DNA from: Rhina ancylostomus
Taxonomy: Eukaryota
Direction of reading: 5' to 3'
NCBI GenBank assembly: GCA_030265395.1
Contig: JARFYF010000094.1
Coordinates: 39,328,488-39,392,487, forward strand
DNA: 64,000 nt
Shown here: piece by piece, positions 50,276-63,257 of the stretch
Layout of the letters: the number at the start of each line of letters is the position of its first letter
How positions within the stretch are numbered: the first letter of the stretch is position 1
Program-made: the position numbers and the translations under genes
Notes under the pieces: generated by a model
What the model was told of the DNA's origin: nothing
What the model saw: the letters and a program-made list of their open reading frames with translations, nothing else
The model's database searches: none

Positions 50276-51569
50276 TATTTGACTACATCTCTATTGCTCT
50301 CCACCATCTTCAAGGACATGCATTTATTCAATGTACCCTATCCTGTGACAAATGTAACAGCAAACCACTTTGGAGTGACCAGCTCTGGCAAAGCCTCCTA
50401 TCTTTTCCACCCACGTGACCTGCAGCCTTCCTGCCTTTAGCACTCATTAACCTGTGGATTTCCCACTGTCTATGTGACCCAGTCTTAATGAAGAAGACTA
50501 AATCACTATTACCTAAGCTTATTCCTTACTTGCACCTCAGCATCTGGTGACACAACCTGAAGTTCCCAAGCACCACATCCATACAAATGGCAATCTTTCA
50601 TGCCCCCTTACAGATCAGGTTCCCCTTGTTAACCCACTTTGCTTGAATTCTTTCAATAACTCCCATTCATATATAACTGAAATTATCATAATGTTGAGCA
50701 AAGAGCAAGCTCACAGGGAACCCAAATGCAGCACGCTGGTACAGGACTGGAGTCAGGATACTTCCTCAGGACAAAACACCAGCAGCAACTGGAAGGAATC
50801 TTGCCTCAGAGANNNNNNNNNNNNNNNNNNNNNNNNNNNNNNNNNNNNNNNNNNNNNNNNNNNNNNNNNNNNNNNNNNNNNNNNNNNNNNNNNNNNNNNN
50901 NNNNNNNNNNNNAGCATGGAATCCATGTGCTGTACAACAAGGCATTAAAGGAGCCAAATTGAGGGCCAGAACTCAGAACCATGACAGAAATATCTCATCA
51001 GGGTCTGCACTATATCCTCATTTGATGCCTCAGCAGAAGATTACGTTGTCAATAAATCACTAACCTTTCGTATGCCTTCAATCCTACCACCAGCAACAGT
51101 ATTGTTTTTTTCCTCACATATGACTATGTTCTTCTGTTTCATGTCCTATGCCAGGACCTCAATGACATTGTGGATCTTAAGGGATAACTCCAGACATTTT
51201 ATATACCAAATGCATAGCTGGTCCACTTGTTCTTCTTGAGCTGCCAACAGGCCCCTTACCTGCCATCATCACTGCTCTACTTCAAACCCCGTTCTCTATT
51301 TCCTGCACACTGCTGCTCCCTCAAACTGCAGTGCCCTAAACGCAACACCATAGTAGTGTCTGTAGGTTCCTTTGTATTTTTATTTGTATAAATAAATAGA
51401 CAGAGGTATTTATTGAAGGCAGTAACTGAACTAAACAGCAGTATTGAGGTACAATAATGTATCAAAAGTCATACGATGTGATACAAGTCAATTCTTAAAG
51501 GTACAGTCTCTATGGTTATGTAACAGGCCATCGTGTGCAATGCCTGGTGACTTCTAGCCACACTAAAGG

Positions 51570-51810
51570 ATTAATGATCATGCAATATTTACGTGACATT
51601 GGTTGGTTAAGAGTCTGTAATCAGTGCCTATTTTTGCACCAAACTCATCCTGATACCATTCATCAGATGTCTCATCAATATTCCTGCCTTTGACTTTCTT
51701 TAAGGAAACATCATTGCAAATTGACTGATAACATCTCACCACGATAAATGAAAAACCACTGGCTTGTGTCATGTTTTGCTTCAGTGCCTTCTGCACCTGT
51801 TTCATACAGC
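51570..51810 (-). mobile_element. Probable old non-LTR RT N-terminal relic
   Basis: KQVQKALKQ..ASG...ETSDEW...DYRLLT follows the order of the EVxKAL..KAPG / IPxDW / NYRPI motifs; weak. Confidence 0.4.
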
Positions 51811-53329
51811 ACAGAGATAGGGGATGTACAGAAGGTAAGATGCTGATGTACCTGAAGTCCCACTCCACTCATAGCTTCATCATTGAGACTGGGGTGAAGT
51901 GGAGCTCAGTTGTGCTGAGCTGAGGGACTGGATGCACTTTGCTTACGGCCCTTCACCTTTGCACCAGGTACAAAGTGTACCTTACCCTTCAGCATGGCAA
52001 TGTAGGCAATGCCACTGAATCCAAAAATAAGGACAAGGGCAGAGCATGAGGTCAGTTACACCTGCATCTGACGTCCAGCACATTCCTGACTTCCATGCCA
52101 CAGCACACATGTGTAAGAATACATTGCCTCATGCACTGCAGCCAACCAATGATTCTCCATGAATCTGCAAGCAGCACTTTCCAGCCCATTCCGTCACCTT
52201 TTTCCCTCCACTTTCCTTTTTCTCATTACATCTTTAAGTCCTTAGTATACACCCTAGTAATTGTAGTGTTAGCTTTTTGGATCTTTCCTAACACACCAAT
52301 GGCCAGGAACATGAGCATCTCCACTGCATATTGAATTGATACCTTCATCCTTCTAATGATCCAAACAAAAGCTTCCAAGATCCAACCAAAAGAATAAATA
52401 ACTTTACTGTTACCCAATGTAAGACCTTGGAGTTGGCTTCCATTCTCACTAATATTTCTCCTGAGGTTTCATCCATCTGGATGCTTGAATTACTTGTGCC
52501 ACAATAAAGAACAGGAACTTTTACCTTCCTGTGTATTTTTTATTGAGCTTTTTTTGAAGAATGTACAAGCTTGCTCTTCCCCTCTTGATTTCTTGCTGTG
52601 CAGTGTGTTCACTACATGTCTATTTATTGCAAGCCCTGCTTTCCAATTTACACAATGCAAAATTTCTCTTATTTCTTTTTATTGTAAATACTTGGCAATA
52701 TGTCTATCTAGCAAATGGTTGCACATGATCCTCTGGAAACTCCTACTGAATGATTTCATATTCCTCGTTATGAATACTTTCTGTTTTCTTTTTTTCTTTC
52801 ATTTTTTTCTAGTAATCACTTACTAATTTTTGGTATGATTGTGTTTTTTTATTCTCTTCTGTTTAGTTCTTTTTTTAATCGTTTTTTTTCAATATAGCAC
52901 ATGATCCTGTCTACAGACAAATGTTAGTTCATAATTTGAAGTTGGTGTTAATATTTTATAGTTTTATGGTCAGCCCACATTAGGATTATTCTGAACAATT
53001 TTCTCATCTGCTCCCACCCCTGCCTAGGTCTGATGACTCATTCTGGAGAACATTGTGTGGTTGTCAGCAGCACTCCTGGGAGCTGGATCTTAACTTTATG
53101 TCATAGTTTAAATGGGTTTTAGCAAGTCAATCACTCCTACACCTCTCACAAAATTTCCTGATTTTTTTTGATCAGGAGTCACTCATTTGCAGAAATAAGA
53201 TCTGGCTCTTGTGCTTTGATAACACAGTAATTTTCCTGAACCTCACCACTGACCACAAGTTTGTCCTTACTTCACATTTATGTGCATCCATCTTCCAGTG
53301 GGGTTTGCTGGACTACATGGGTGGTGAAA

Positions 53330-53670
53330 TATGGCATGATGGCCCAGTGGTTAGCGCTATTGCCTCACAGATCCAGAGACCTGTGTTCGATCCTGACTTT
53401 GCATGCTGTCTGTATGAAATTGGATGCTCTCCCTGTGACTGCATATGTTTCCTCTATTTGCCAAAGATGTGCCATGTGTAGATGAAATGGCCCCTGTAAA
53501 TTGCTTCCAGTGTAGGAGGGTGGCAGAATGGAGGTGGGGCCTGGGGAGAGGAAGTTGATAGAAATGCAAGAGGGAAACACAAATAAGGTTGGTGTAGATG
53601 GATGCCTGAGTGTTGGTGTGGACACAGTGGGCTGAAGGACCTGCTTCCCTACTGCATGACTTTACAACTC
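53330..53670 (+). mobile_element. HE1-type V-SINE
   Basis: tggcccagtggttagc..gttcgatcc, tgctgtctgtatgaaatt, ctgtaaattgc, gtgggctgaaggacctg. Confidence 0.88.
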
Positions 53671-53984
53671 GAGAAGCCCATCCACAATCATGGTTAATTT
53701 ACAACTCACTTGGCCTGTCACACATTAAGAACACCTACTACCAGTCTGGTTGAGTTCAGTTAACCCAGCTCTGATCAGGAACATAACTGTTCTGATCACC
53801 AAGTCCAGTCACCACACTTACTTTTTGAACCTCCTATCTTCATTTGAGCTGACTCCCCCAAAACATTATATTTTGCAGTGTCCCACTGCCCCACTTCAGA
53901 TATTTGCTTTTTTTCTCTTTGATAACACCAACATCCTACCTAGTTGAATCCCCTTCTAATTTTAACCCTCCAGGGAGGACTAGG

Positions 53985-54230
53985 TCTATTTCTTCATCCA
54001 AAGGACAGTGAAACTTTGGACTTCTCTACCCAACAGGGCTGTGAAAGCTCAGTCACTGAGTACATTCAAGACAGAGGTTGATGAATTTTTAGATATTAAA
54101 GGAATTGAGGGATATGGGGTTAGTGCAGGAATGCAGCCCCAAAGTAAAGGATCAGCCATGATCTTATTCAATGGTAGAGCAGGCACAAGGGGTCAAATGG
54201 CTTATTCCTGTTTCTATTTTGTATTTTCTT
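53985..54230 (+). mobile_element. CR1 3' end
   Basis: VKLWTSLPNRAVKAQSLSTFKTEVDEFL followed by the tail gatcagccatgatc...cttattcctg. Confidence 0.88.
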
Positions 54231-54264
54231 ACTGCAGTGCCTGAGTTAAATGGGATTTCTTACA

Positions 54265-54390
54265 TTCCTGCACTTAATCAGTACTGCATTGAAGGGTCAG
54301 CCTGGATGATGTGCTTGTGTCAGTGCAATGCGAGACTCTAACTCATAATTCTCCTGCCTCGGAAGAAAGTGTGATGCCACAGAGCCAAAG
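54265..54390 (-). mobile_element. DeuSINE-like 5' relic
   Basis: cagtactgcattgaagggtcagcctgga..tgtgct; reverse counterpart of 57400-57515. Confidence 0.5.
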
Positions 54391-56584
54391 TTCACCTCAC
54401 TGGTTCAGATGCCAAGAGGCATCTACCATCAATAGTTACATCCCCAACACTGGCTGTATCCTCCTCAGAGAGAACATTCAGAGGAGAGGGGAGGGAGAGA
54501 AAGGACCAGAAGAAGAAATTTATTATCAACATGAAAGTAAATTTATCGCTGTTTAGTTATTCCCAGGTTTACAGAACAGATACCCCAATCATTCTTCTTG
54601 AGAAGATAAACAAATCCAAACCAAGATGCTTTTAAAAAAAATCAGTGATTTATGTTAATTGTATTTTATGTATTTGTTTTGGCATTTTTAACTTGGTTTG
54701 TTTTAAGAAAACAAAGGACTGTTCCAGACTAATTAAAGTATTTTAGATGAATATTTATGAGGGAGTAAAATTTTATTAGTGCCAATCACAATATTTTTAT
54801 AATATAACAGCTGGGAGTTTGCAAAGCCTGCTTGATGGACTTTCATGAATGTTAATTAAAAATAAGCTGGAAAAATATGAACTTTCAATAGTAATTCATC
54901 ATTAAGTCCAGATAGGAAAACATACAACAGTCAGGTATAAATATTTGTGGTAGGGTGCTGAATTCTAAACAATAATGCAGTTAAAATTCACAGGATATAT
55001 TTTAAAAAAGCAGTTGGACAGACAGTGGAAATGGCCTTTTGGAATTTCCTGCACTAATCCTGGGTTGGGATCGTTATTTGTTTTTCAGAGGAAACCTATC
55101 CATTGGAAAGCAACAAGGTCCTTCCTTAAATATTCAGATCTGATTCCAATGAGACTTATTGGCTAAAGGAGACTCAAAAGTGTGCTTTACTCAAGTTCAT
55201 TTCCTTCTGAGTTAACAGGGATGGAAATGTTCTTCTCGATCCCACAGGAATCTCTCTTATCCTAGGCTTTCATCCACCAACCTTAGGGCTTCCTGGTTCC
55301 CTTCCATTCAAATTCNNNNNNNNNNNNNNNNNNNNNNNNNNNNNNNNNNNNNNNNNNNNNNNNNNNNNNNNNNNNNNNNNNNNNNNNNNNNNNNNNNNNN
55401 NNNNNNNNNNNNNNNNNNNNNNNNNNNNNNNNNNNNNNNNNNNNNNNNNNNNNNNNNNNNNNNNNNNNNNNNNNNNNNNNNNNNNNNNNNNNNNNNNNNN
55501 NNNNATATTGCAAAAATTGTGGACTCCACAATATCAGGTCTTTAACCACAACAGGCAGGATCATCTGACTCACTCCTGCTTCTGGAATCTCTGACCTCCA
55601 ACTCGGCCATTTCCTAGGTCTCCAGACACCATGACAGCCATTCTTGGGTCTCTGGGCTCTGGTTCAGCTGCTTCCAGAACCTATGCCTCCATTTTATCTA
55701 CTCCCAGGTTCCTGACCTATTCCCAGCAATTCCCAGACTCTCCGACTGCACTCTCAGCCACACCTGGAGTCTGTGGTCTCCATCCTGGCCACTCCCAGGA
55801 CTTGCCATTTGTTATCCCATACCCAGATCCAAGATTCACCTGTTTTTGCTGCAGACTCCTCAAACAAAACCAATAACATCAATGGATTGGAGCTGCAATA
55901 CCCCAAAGAATTTGAAATGAAAGAAAATCAATAACTACTCAAGTCCAATACTCCACAGATCTGATATAATTGTATAATCTGAATATGTTAAAACAAAGGA
56001 TTGAAACTGTTTATATAGTTTAAGTTGTTTTCCCATGTAAATGAATACACCTGCTGATTTCTTTTCAAATTACCATAATTAATAAAAGTGAAGATTACTT
56101 CCTGTATTATTTTCCACAATATTGTCTGTTGCCTGCAAATCAGCTGCATTTTTTCAATTTAGTTAAGACCTTGCTAATATAGATAAAGGCAATGAGTTAA
56201 AAAACAGCAAGCCACACACTCCTCACACATGCACTTATCCTTTCTGCACCACTTAATGGTACCTCATTAAGTTCAGTAAGTATGTTGGTATTTGTAAACC
56301 AGTGAGGGAAAGCAGGGTCCTCTATNNNNNNNNNNGAGTTGGCAGGCCATTCTTTTCAACTCAAGTGGACAGAAAAGAGACATGCCAGAATTTTGGCTCC
56401 AATACACATCTTTGAGAATGCATTACAAAAATGTGAGTGTAGCACTTGTTCAACTGTGTCTTTTTTGAAGGACCAAAACATAACAGCATTGTAGCATCAG
56501 ACCAAAGCACTTGCTCCAACTCCAGCTTCATCTTCATTAACTGTCTTAGGAAATTGCTTTGTAAAGAAAGTTCTAATAAGCCAG

Positions 56585-57112
56585 GATACAGAGGAGTGCT
56601 GATATCTCAGAGGGTTGTGGGGCTGGAGAAGATTTGAGGATGAAGCGAGATTTGAAAGTAGGAGTGAACATTTTACAAANNNNNNNTTAAAATCTTCCAG
56701 GTCCACTCCAATAAAAGTCAGAACTGAACAATGATCAGTATTTTTGAGGCAACTTTAATAGAATTAAAATATCCCCTGGCACTTACAGGAACAGAATTAT
56801 TATCAAACTAAATTTGATGCTTTGCCACAATAGGAGTTTAGGGCAGTTGACCAAAAGCTTGAACAGAGAGGTAGGAATATTTTAAAGAAAGAGAGAGGGG
56901 TAAGGAGGTAGTGAGGTTTAAGGAGCAATTTTCAGGGCTTTGGGGCCTTGGCGGTGAAAGACACTGCTGCTAGTGATGGAGCACTCTAGATGCACAGGGG
57001 ACAGAGGAGTGCTTATTGTTTGGGAGGGGGCTGTGAGGCTTGGGGAGATTACAGAGATAGGGAGAGATGAAGATAAAAAGGGATTTGAAAACAAAGGTGA
57101 GAATTTTGCAGA
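56585..57112 (-). mobile_element. L2-type LINE 3' relics (two pieces)
   Basis: gaccaaaagctt..agagaggtagg, gagattacagagatagggag, gggatttgaaaacaaaggtgagaatttt, repeated in weaker form at 56590-56680. Confidence 0.65.
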
Positions 57113-57202
57113 TCCCAAGAGGTAAAATCTCTGAGGTCTCCTCCATTAAAGTCAGATGCTTAAGGTCAATGGCTTTGTTTAATGTTTCACTTTATCTTGC
57201 AG

Positions 57203-57332
57203 GCAGAGAAGCGATTTAGAGAAGAGCTGAAGAAACACGTGCACCACAACAGACACCCACCCAGATGCTAAGCAACCCATTGTTTGCAAGTGACTTTACC
57301 TTAGATAGCCAATTCTACAACAGGGATCTGAG
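57203..57332 (+). other. Candidate spliced exon (130 nt), non-coding or containing a start codon
   Basis: tttaat..tttcactttatcttgcag| acceptor, GAG|gtgaga donor, purine-rich GAAGA elements; no frame is open end to end. Confidence 0.4.
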
Positions 57333-57399
57333 GTGAGAAGAACATGGAAACGTGCATCTTGCATAACAAGGCATTGAATTCTATAATTGCAAGAGCACA

Positions 57400-57520
57400 T
57401 TTAGTGGTAGACCTGCCTCCGAGTCCAGAAGTGGCTGATTCAAGCTCCTCTCCTGAGACTTGAGCACAAAAATCTATGATAACAATCCAGCAGTAAAGAG
57501 GGAGTGCGACACTGGTAGAT
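57400..57520 (+). mobile_element. DeuSINE-like head
   Basis: agtggtag..cctccgagtccagaag..gattcaag..gagacttgagcacaaaaatcta..gagggagtgc. Confidence 0.6.
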
Positions 57521-58282
57521 TTGCTGGGCTAGAAATATGTTTGCACAACTGAAAAAAGGTGCTGGGATATTGAAAATCATTCTAACCTGAGTTAAAGCAA
57601 TGTTGCACGTACTTCTGGTGTCTTAGAACCTATCAGGAACTTTGTCACCTCATTTATCACTGAGATCTTCATTTCCTCCCCCCCCCCTATTGTTTCTTTC
57701 CAATATAAAACTTACTCAGCTGATGTCAACAGTGGTGCAAGATGCAGGATTTGCCTATGGTGAAAATTTCAATCTCATTGGTCTGAAAAATAACAGCTCT
57801 TATTTCCTCAGGGAACAACCAGGTTTTACTAACCTCAGTTCCCCATGCTCCCTGTGCTTGAAATCCTAATCAAATACAGTCTCTCATGTGCCTGGACTAC
57901 TTAGCTCACATAGTCCAGAGTCACGGTCTCACTCTCAGCTTCCCAGGCTCAGTATCATTCCTGGCATTTGCTACTTATCTCTGTCACATCTCAGAAACTG
58001 TTGTTTACTGTTATATTAGAGCAGTCACCCAAATTCCGTACCCAGGGAGGGTATACTTCATCTCCCCTACCTTCATGCCACAGGAGCAGGCAGAACAGGC
58101 ATTGGGCGTTGCCTGAATTGCAGGTTTCCCTCAGCGCAGCCATTCAGGACTGCATTGGTTGCAGAGGCTCCCCTGCCAACNNNNNNNNNNNNNNNNNNNN
58201 NNNNNNNNNNNNNNNNNNNNNNNNNNNNNNNNNNNNNNNNNNNNNNNNNNNNNNNNNNNNNNNNNNNNNNNNNNNNNNNNNN

Positions 58283-58450
58283 GTACTGTTATTGTTTTTA
58301 CTAGAGTACATCAATGCACTGCACTAACTCAATGTACTAACTCAATGTAACTGCACTGTGTAATGAATTGACCTGTACAATCGGTTTGTAAAACAAGCTT
58401 TTCACTGTACCTCAGTACAAGTGACAATAATAAACCAATACCAATAACCA
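58283..58450 (+). mobile_element. Non-LTR 3' end, same family as 34060-34215
   Basis: Direct similarity to 34060-34215. Confidence 0.7.
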
Positions 58451-58544
58451 TATTTTTTATAACAAGGTGCTGAATTCTATGTGTGTCCTGGTGAATTATA
58501 GGCATGCTTGAGAAAGTACAAGAGCACATTTACTGCAAGCTCTG

Positions 58545-58830
58545 TCTCCGATTCTATAATCCCATTTTTTATTCTCCCCACATTCTCATCAATCCCACCC
58601 CCCCCCCACCCCCAATTCTATCACTCATCTACACACAGGGGCCAATTTACAGTGGCCAATTAACCTACCAACATTTTTGGGATGTGGGAGGATACTGGAT
58701 CACATAGAAGAAACTCACACAATCACAGGAAGAACACGCAAACCATGCAGACAGCACCTGAGTCAGGATTGAACGGGTCTCTGGTGCTAGGAGGCAGCGA
58801 CTCTACTAGCTGTGCCACTGGATTGCCCTT
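58545..58830 (-). mobile_element. HE1-type V-SINE
   Basis: caatttacagtggccaattaacctacc, gggatgtgggagg, cagacagcacc..ggattgaac. Confidence 0.88.
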
Positions 58831-59119
58831 AGTCGTAACAGTAATAAAACTTCTTTGTATCTGGGAGAATGTTGCTTGTATTCTGGCATGTCCCCTTTAA
58901 GAGCTGGCTACTAAGATCACACCTCTGGGTTCAATGGTAACAGCTGCAAAATTTGCCACTTCTCCATAGGGAACCTCATACTGAACCAAACAATGGCAGT
59001 TACAGTGCCACATCATACAGGGGAAGCCAATGAGGCCATTCTGTGAACCACATAAGTGAAGTTCTTGTTCTTTATAGGACTTGCAGTGACCCAAGGCATG
59101 CAACAATATCTAGTCCAAG

Positions 59120-59380
59120 GTCTTTTGCATGAGGCATTAAACTGAGGCCTTGTCCACATTTAATGTGGGTGTAACTAATCCTTTGACACTATTTTGAAAA
59201 ATTGCATCTTGGCCAATATTTCTCCCTCAACTAACAGCACAAATGAGAATGATCTGGTCAATTATCACATGGGCTACCAGGGTTCTAATACTCTAACAAG
59301 GCCCAAAAGTATTTAATTAGCTGTAAAGGACAATGAGACAGCCTGAGCGAAGTGTGAAAGGTGCTATATAAATAAACTTA
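59120..59380 (+). mobile_element. DeuSINE-like element (Deu domain plus tail)
   Basis: atgaggcattaaactgaggcc, tggccaatatttctccctcaac, atctggtcaattatcacat, tail gtgaaaggtgctatataaat; recalled AmnSINE1/SacSINE1 Deu-domain motifs. Confidence 0.7.
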
Positions 59381-59539
59381 TTTTATTTTAGTAAAAGAGA
59401 TAAATTACTAGGCTGTTTATCATTAATCTTGCCATGTGATGGACAAGACTGGGATTTCTTTCTGGTAGCCACTGTTTAAGATTCATTAAAGATATTCTCT
59501 TACAAATCTGGATTTAATCATCCATTGAAAGTTGGTTGC

Positions 59540-60320
59540 TGTATGTACAACCTCATTATTGTCTATAATTCTATTTTCTCCATATTTAAGAAGATGTATC
59601 TTCACTGGAGGCAGTACAAGAAAGCTTCACTAGATTAATTTCTGGGATGAAGGAAAGGTTGAACAGATTTTTCTTAACTCCCCCATGTGCGACCACTCAC
59701 CTACACATTAGTGGTAATTTACAGTGGCCAATTAACCTACCAACCCACACATCTTTGTGGGATGTGGGAGCAGCTGGAGGAAGCCCATGCTGTCACAGGG
59801 TCAAAACTATTAGAGCTTAAAAGAATAAGAGATGATCTGACGGGCTTTGAACAGGCACGTGCTGAAAGAATGTTGTCCCTCATGATGGAATCTAGAATTA
59901 GGGGTTTAGTTTCAGAACCAGAAGTAGCCCATTTAAGAGATGAGGAAGAATTTCTTCTCTCAAAGGTCAGAATCTTTGGAATTCTCTACCCCAGAGAACT
60001 GTGGAGACATTAATACTGAATGTATTCAAGATGAGTTGGGCAGCTTTTTGGGTTCAAAGGTTATAGGGAACAAGCAGGAAAGTGGAGGTGAAGGCAAGAT
60101 GAGATCAGCAACGACTCAACTGAATGGAGGACTACATCAAAGAGCTGCAGATACTAGAAATCTGAAATAAAAGCAGAAAATGCTGGAAATGCTCGGAGGC
60201 TAAGGCAGCATGTATGGAAAAGAAAAAGAGTTAACATTTCAGGTCTGGGACCTTACATCAGAACTGATGAAGGAGCTGAATGGTTACTCCTCCTAGTTTT
60301 TATTTTATTATGTTCTTACA
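59540..60320 (+). mobile_element. CR1 3' fragment with nested HE1 piece (~59670-59800, -) and pLTR/hammerhead piece (~60145-60268, -)
   Basis: LEAVQESFTRLISGM, KRIRDDL, MRKNFFSQR; nested pieces match the other HE1 and pLTR copies. Confidence 0.8.
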
Positions 60321-60499
60321 TTGAGTGCTGTTTCCCGTTTTAATCTCTCACTTTTTCTCATCCCTGTGACTTTTAGACATTGCCATATAGCTATAATTAC
60401 TTTCAAGGTGTTCCTAGTAAAGATTAATGAAACATTTACCTTCATTAAGGAGCAATGACCGTGAAGATCACACAATGGTCAAAAATGCTGGATTTTTGA

Positions 60500-60569
60500 G
60501 TCATGGAGTCATAGAGACATGCAGTCTGCAAACAGGCCTTGTATATTGTGTGTACATATGTGTGTCTGT

Positions 60570-60601
<32 letters not shown>

Positions 60602-60880
60602 CTATATATACGAATAACACATAAATCTGTTTTTTTTAATTCTTCCTACATTCTCTTTAACTCCCCCAGATTCTATCNNNNNNNNNNNNNNNNNNNNNNN
60701 NNNNACAGTGGCCAATTAACCTACAACCCACTTGCCTTTGTGGGATTTGGGGGCAGCTGGAGGAAGTCCACATTGTCACAGAGAAAATGTGCAAACTGCA
60801 CACAGACAGCACAGGAAGTCAGGATTCAACTCAATCCCTGGAGCTGTGAGGCAACAGCTCTTCCAACTGTGCCATGGTAA
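60500..60880 (-). mobile_element. HE1-type V-SINE with an internal (TG)n tract (~60558-60600)
   Basis: gagtcatagag tail, acagtggccaattaacc, gtgcaaactgcacacagacagcac, ggagctgtgaggcaacagc. Confidence 0.85.
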
Positions 60881-61499
60881 AGCATGATCTAAATTCCTGT
60901 GCTGGCTTCAAATAAGGGCAATCCAGTTGGTCCCATTTCCACCCCCCTCCCCCGAGCCCTGCAGGTTATTTCATTTAAGATACTTAATCCTGCTCCCTTT
61001 TCAACACCACAATTGCATCTGCCTCCACCACTCTCCCCATGACACTAGACACCAAACACTAACCACTCACCACTTGAAAAATGTTTCATCTCATGTCTCT
61101 TCAAACAATCACCTTTATCCTCAGTCCTCCAATTCTTGACCATTCCGACAACAGGAACAGTTTCCCTGTTGAAGCCCTTCAAGATTTCAAGTACATCTGT
61201 CCCATCTCCTCTACAGTGCATTAAAATGTATGTGGTCCTTTAATTTTCTGTCACCCTGGTCCCCAACAGACACAAACCAGTTACTTAAACAGTTCAACTT
61301 TAGACGTTGCCTCCTTGAGCCATGTGTGACTGTGGGCTAAAGTTGTCCATTTTTTTCATATGGATTCTCAAGAGCACCAGAAGCAACAATTTCACCTTTG
61401 TGTCTGGAAGAATGTCTCTTACAAGGCGAAAAACATCTACCTACCCATCTCTCTATCTCTCCCATATATCCTCTGGCAATATACCATGCTGGCTTAACT

Positions 61500-62930
61500 T
61501 CAATGAATACTTAAGTGTTTTTTTTGCGTCTGGTGCACAACATTTTCGTTTATTAAGCAAAGAAACGGAATTGATGTTCGGTGGGCTTTACAAAGAGCAG
61601 ACATCCTTTGCTTCCCAATTTCTTTTAAAATAGATCCCTTTTTTCGCGTTTTATTCAACATCTCCCCTTCACACAAATGCAGCAGCCTCATTTAAAATAC
61701 ATGAGATACTGTAGCATTGGTATTGCAATCATCTAGTTTTCATTATGGAAATCTCATCATTCAGAAGAAAAAAGCGTTGGACGCTCCGGCATTTATCACC
61801 AGGCGTTGTGAGACCGCCTTTTGGCATTTATTATAGCCTCTGTACAAACAAAGTGAAAATGGGAGCCGGTAACAGCAAATCCCATTTCTTGAGGTAATGC
61901 CTGCTTTTTTTTTCTTTGCATTTCAACCTTTCTTTCTTACCTAATGTATTAACTGTGAGTAATCAAATGTGGCACAACCTCCGTGACACCAGCTCCCAGC
62001 ACTGACAGCTCCTTAATAAAGAATATGGAAAACTCATTTAATCTAATCAAGCCCTTGGATTAAACGCCATTCGGGGCTGAAGATGTGACCAGACATCTAA
62101 ACACTGTAACCTTTAGAAGTGCCACTTTCTTGGGGATCACCCGAAAGCCCCCTTCCCCTCACTCAACAGAGTGTGGTGATAAATTACAAAGAGTACCAAA
62201 TTGCTCAGAAAATTGCTTTGCATTAATCATCTGCGGGACAAGCCACAAAGCATTTGGAAGGTATAAAGGGGGCAAAAAACTACATACAGTCTAGTGTTTA
62301 GGGCCTATGAATATTAATCATGCAGTGTGTGCTCTTTTTCCAAATATGACAAGATTAGTATTTGTCAGTTTGACGGGAGGAATGCTCAGAATGTAACCTA
62401 TTTTAATCAGCTCCCTCACCACATTCACAATGTGAAGGGTGGTGTGACGGACAGCGAGCTGCAAACAACTGTCAGTCAGATGGAACACCATTAATTCCAG
62501 CCTTCCTCACTGCACCCAACTACCTTCACAGCCTGGATTATGTGCAATTTTCGAACTCTGCCAACGAGCCATGAGATCTGCAGAGAGGCCTCATCATATA
62601 TAAAATATTTGCATAACACCCTCTCAGATGATAGGCAGTAATAGACCCAGGCGTCGGTGAATGAAACAATCAGATCAGTCGAGGCTTCGGGAAGACGCTG
62701 TGGGATAAAGCCTTTTCGTTTCTCTCGAGGCGATCACAACTTCCATCATCAACTTTGTGAGCGTCAATGTGTCTTCCCAAGTCTTTCTTAACTCATCCTG
62801 TTGACAGTGAGGAAGCTTTGGCGAGGCCTGTAAAGGCCGACTATTACAAAGCTCCTGTCTGTTTCCATCTGTTTTTGTAACGAGCCGAGTTGTCACCTCT
62901 GACCTTCCGACTGTTGTTTTCCTCATTCAA
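61500..62930. promoter_or_regulatory. Candidate conserved non-coding/enhancer island
   Basis: About 1.4 kb with no recognisable repeat, more CpG than the flanks, clustered TAAT/GGATTA/TGACAG/E-box motifs; function is inference only. Confidence 0.4.
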
Positions 62931-63257
62931 TTCCCCCCCCCTCCCTTTACAACAGTGTTTCTTCTTCTCGCCTTACAAGTCTCCATTTCTTTTGACCTGT
63001 CAGTTTTATCTCTGCTTTCTTCACTGTTAATTCATTTCTGGTTATGCTTTGATATCTCGTCATTTTCCTCTTTATAATTCTTTCTTCATGTTCCTGCAAT
63101 GGTTTATCTTCATCTTTTTTTCAATCATTTTATTTTAGAATTTAAGCGGTATTCCTGTGTCTGAGACCAAAGACCTTTGCAGTTGACAAAAATAAAGATT
63201 CACCGGAATCTTAAGATGTGTGGAACAGTGGATAAACTGTCGCAGAATTGAATATAA

